From contig OY762069.1 in assembly GCA_963665095.1 (NCBI GenBank), forward strand, positions 3,104,001-3,168,000: a DNA stretch of 64,000 nucleotides, read 5' to 3'. A model generated the notes under the pieces. It made no database searches, was not told the DNA's origin, and saw nothing but the letters and a program-made list of their open reading frames with translations. Of this stretch, positions 62,011 through 64,000 are shown piece by piece (the stretch's first letter is position 1; each line of letters begins with the position of its first letter). Position numbers and translations under genes: made by a program. Source of the stretch: an uncultured Desulfobacter sp. (GTDB lineage Bacteria > Desulfobacterota > Desulfobacteria > Desulfobacterales > Desulfobacteraceae).

Positions 62011-62550
62011 TTAGTTTTTAAAGGGCATTCCCATTAGTTTGAGGAACGCTTTTCCTTCTTCATCGGTTTGAGCTGTGGTGACAACCGTTACATTGAGGCC
62101 CTTGATGGCATCGGTCTTATCATAATCAATTTCAGGGAAAATGATATGCTCGGTAATGCCAAGGCTGTAGTTGCCGCGGCCGTCGAATGCTTTCCCTGAA
62201 ATCCCGCGGAAGTCCCTGACACGGGGGAGTGCGATGTTGATCAGTCTGTCAAGAAAGTCATACATCTTCTCTCTCCGAAGAGTAACTTTACAACCAATGG
62301 GCAGATCCGCACGCAGCTTAAAGTTCGCGATTGGTTTTTTGGCCCTTGTGATAACAGCTTTCTGTCCCGCAATCAATCCGAGTTCCTGGGCAGCTGTTTC
62401 AACAATTTTCGGATTTCGGACTGCTTCTCCAAGCCCCATATTCAGTACAATCTTTTCCAACTTGGGCACCTGGCATTGGTTGGTGTAGTTGAACTCCTTA
62501 GTTAATGCCGAGACAACTTCGTTGGTATACTTTTCCTTAAGCGTAGTCAT
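62011..62550 (-). CDS. rplE: 50S ribosomal protein L5
   Basis: PRVRDFRG and FDGRGNY. Confidence 0.98.
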   Translation of the reverse strand: MTTLKEKYTNEVVSALTKEFNYTNQCQVPKLEKIVLNMGLGEAVRNPKIVETAAQELGLIAGQKAVITRAKKPIANFKLRADLPIGCKVTLRREKMYDFLDRLINIALPRVRDFRGISGKAFDGRGNYSLGITEHIIFPEIDYDKTDAIKGLNVTVVTTAQTDEEGKAFLKLMGMPFKN

Positions 62551-62571
62551 TTATTTTCTCCGGATGTGGGT

Positions 62572-62892
62572 TTATGCGTCTATCTGGTTATCACACTTCT
62601 TGCAGACTCTAACCCGTTTTCCATCTTCCAGCTGTTTGATACCGATACGGGTCGGCTTCACACAGGAGTTGCACATAAGCATAAGGTTAGACACATCCAT
62701 GGGCATTGGTTTTTCAACAATTCCGCCCTGGGGATTTGCCTGGGAAGGACGCTGATGAACCTTTACCATGTTGATATTTTCAACAACGATCCGGTTGGTC
62801 TTTTTTACGACCTTCAGCACCTTGCCGATCTTACCTTTATCCTTGCCGGTCAATACTTTGACTTTATCGTCTTTTTTAATTCTTATTTTCAT
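62572..62892 (-). CDS. rplX: 50S ribosomal protein L24
   Basis: KKDDKV.V..GKDKGK KOW motif. Confidence 0.97.
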   Translation of the reverse strand: MKIRIKKDDKVKVLTGKDKGKIGKVLKVVKKTNRIVVENINMVKVHQRPSQANPQGGIVEKPMPMDVSNLMLMCNSCVKPTRIGIKQLEDGKRVRVCKKCDNQIDA

Positions 62893-62918
62893 GGCTGATA
62901 TTCTCCTTGACCTAAGCC

Positions 62919-63287
62919 CTAAAGCACGTCAGGTGCAAGAGAAATGATCTTCATAAAGCGTTTGGCGCGAAGTTCCCTTGCCACCGGGCCGAAAATACGG
63001 GTACCGACCGGTTCATGGTTCTTGTTGATTACGACGGCTGAATTATCATCAAAACGGATGGATGACCCGTCGGGCCTGGATATCTCTTTTTTTGTTCTGA
63101 CAATGACGGCCTGAACAACATCGCCTTTGCTGACCTTAGAATTGGGAATGGCCTCTTTTACGGAAACCACTATAATGTCTCCGATGGTGGCATACCTTCT
63201 TTTAGAGCCGCCAAGAACTTTGATGCAATACAGCTCCTTGGCGCCTGAGTTGTCAGCGACTGTCAGTCTGGTTTCACTTTGAATCAT
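62919..63287 (-). CDS. rplN: 50S ribosomal protein L14
   Basis: VADNSGA and [12 protein letters not shown]. Confidence 0.98.
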   Translation of the reverse strand: MIQSETRLTVADNSGAKELYCIKVLGGSKRRYATIGDIIVVSVKEAIPNSKVSKGDVVQAVIVRTKKEISRPDGSSIRFDDNSAVVINKNHEPVGTRIFGPVARELRAKRFMKIISLAPDVL

Positions 63288-63305
63288 TATTCAACTCCTT
63301 AGACA

Positions 63306-63566
63306 CTAGACCGCTTTTTTAACAATTTCAGTGACCCGAAACCGTTTGTGCTTGCTCAGCGGCCTGGTTTCGATAATTTTGACTTCGTCACCAATCCGGC
63401 ACTCATTCTTCTCATCATGGGCATGGTATTTTTTGTACTGCTTGATGTATTTTTTATACACCTTGTGCTGTACAAATCTTTCAACCCTGACCACCACGGA
63501 CTTATCCATTTGGTCAGACACGATCTGACCAATCAGCTCTTTTTTATTTCTTATTTTATTTTCCAT
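63306..63566 (-). CDS. rpsQ: 30S ribosomal protein S17
   Basis: SDQMDKS, AHDE and ETRPLSK. Confidence 0.97.
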   Translation of the reverse strand: MENKIRNKKELIGQIVSDQMDKSVVVRVERFVQHKVYKKYIKQYKKYHAHDEKNECRIGDEVKIIETRPLSKHKRFRVTEIVKKAV

Positions 63567-63576
63567 ATCGATACTC

Positions 63577-63783
63577 TTAACACTGGGTAAATTTTACGTT
63601 CATTTCTTTTGAAATCGTGTAGAGTCTGGCGATGTCTTTTCTAACACTGGACAAGTTTGCCGTATTCGCGAGCTGGCCGACATCATTTTGAAAACGAAGA
63701 TTGAACAGTTCTTTTTTCAGTTCAACCAGTTTTTCGTTTATCTGACTGGCGTCCATTTCTCTGATTTCACTGGCCTTTAACAT
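63577..63783 (-). CDS. rpmC: 50S ribosomal protein L29
   Basis: ELFNLRFQ and RKDIAR. Confidence 0.96.
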   Translation of the reverse strand: MLKASEIREMDASQINEKLVELKKELFNLRFQNDVGQLANTANLSSVRKDIARLYTISKEMNVKFTQC

Positions 63784-63785
63784 TA

Positions 63786-64000
63786 TTACTTACTCCTTTC
63801 CACAAAACGGGTTTTTACGGAAAGTTTTCTGGCAGCAAGCCGTAATGCTTCCTTGGCAAGTTCTCTGTCAACGCCTTCCATTTCATAGAGAATCTTACCG
63901 GGTTTTACCCTTGCAACCCAGGCATCAGTCGCACCTTTGCCTTTACCCATCCTGACTTCAGCCGGCTTTTTGGTAATGGGGTGGTCTGGGAAGAACCGAA
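63786..64000 (-). CDS. rplP: 50S ribosomal protein L16, C-terminal part (runs off the window end)
   Basis: Manual translation [22 protein letters not shown]...KTRFVERSK*. Confidence 0.97.
   Translation of the reverse strand, partial: RFFPDHPITKKPAEVRMGKGKGATDAWVARVKPGKILYEMEGVDRELAKEALRLAARKLSVKTRFVERSK

Noticed and set aside
1..64000. CRISPR array, rRNA, tRNA, integrase or transposase
   Set aside because: No spaced direct repeats, RNA gene signatures or recombinase/transposase ORFs seen by eye; a short tRNA could have been missed

Overview
Bacterial chromosome segment. Gene content and protein style suggest a Desulfobacteraceae-like sulfate reducer (inference). (1) 1-~8000 is a visibly AT-richer accessory/defence-like island. 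It holds the 3' end of a dnaB helicase gene; a 498-aa DnaE (Pol III alpha) derivative that keeps an open frame but has an internal deletion, a C-terminal truncation and substituted catalytic residues; a calcineurin-like phosphoesterase; a PD-(D/E)XK-like protein coupled to a short RNase J-like beta-CASP nuclease; and two toxin-antitoxin-type pairs around an orphan ORF. (2) 8082-14970 has a hybrid histidine kinase and a Wadjet/Mks jetABC operon that lacks jetD and has an apparent in-frame deletion in jetC. (3) 15-54 kb is mostly housekeeping and signalling: glucosylglycerate cluster, tag-nnr-tsaE-lysC, pyrF, GGDEF proteins, ilvN, CheD-HDOD/selA, gmhA, a cobalamin riboswitch ahead of a cNMP-AraC regulator, a polar amino-acid ABC transporter, serC-serA, hemC-cobA/hemD-moaA, plus a MITE-like hairpin element. 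(4) 54.5-64 kb is the S10/spc/alpha ribosomal protein superoperon on the minus strand. The best candidate for an undescribed system is the dnaB / dead dnaE / phosphoesterase / nuclease / RNase J-like cluster at 1-4908. All family assignments come from motif recognition by eye, not from database searches.
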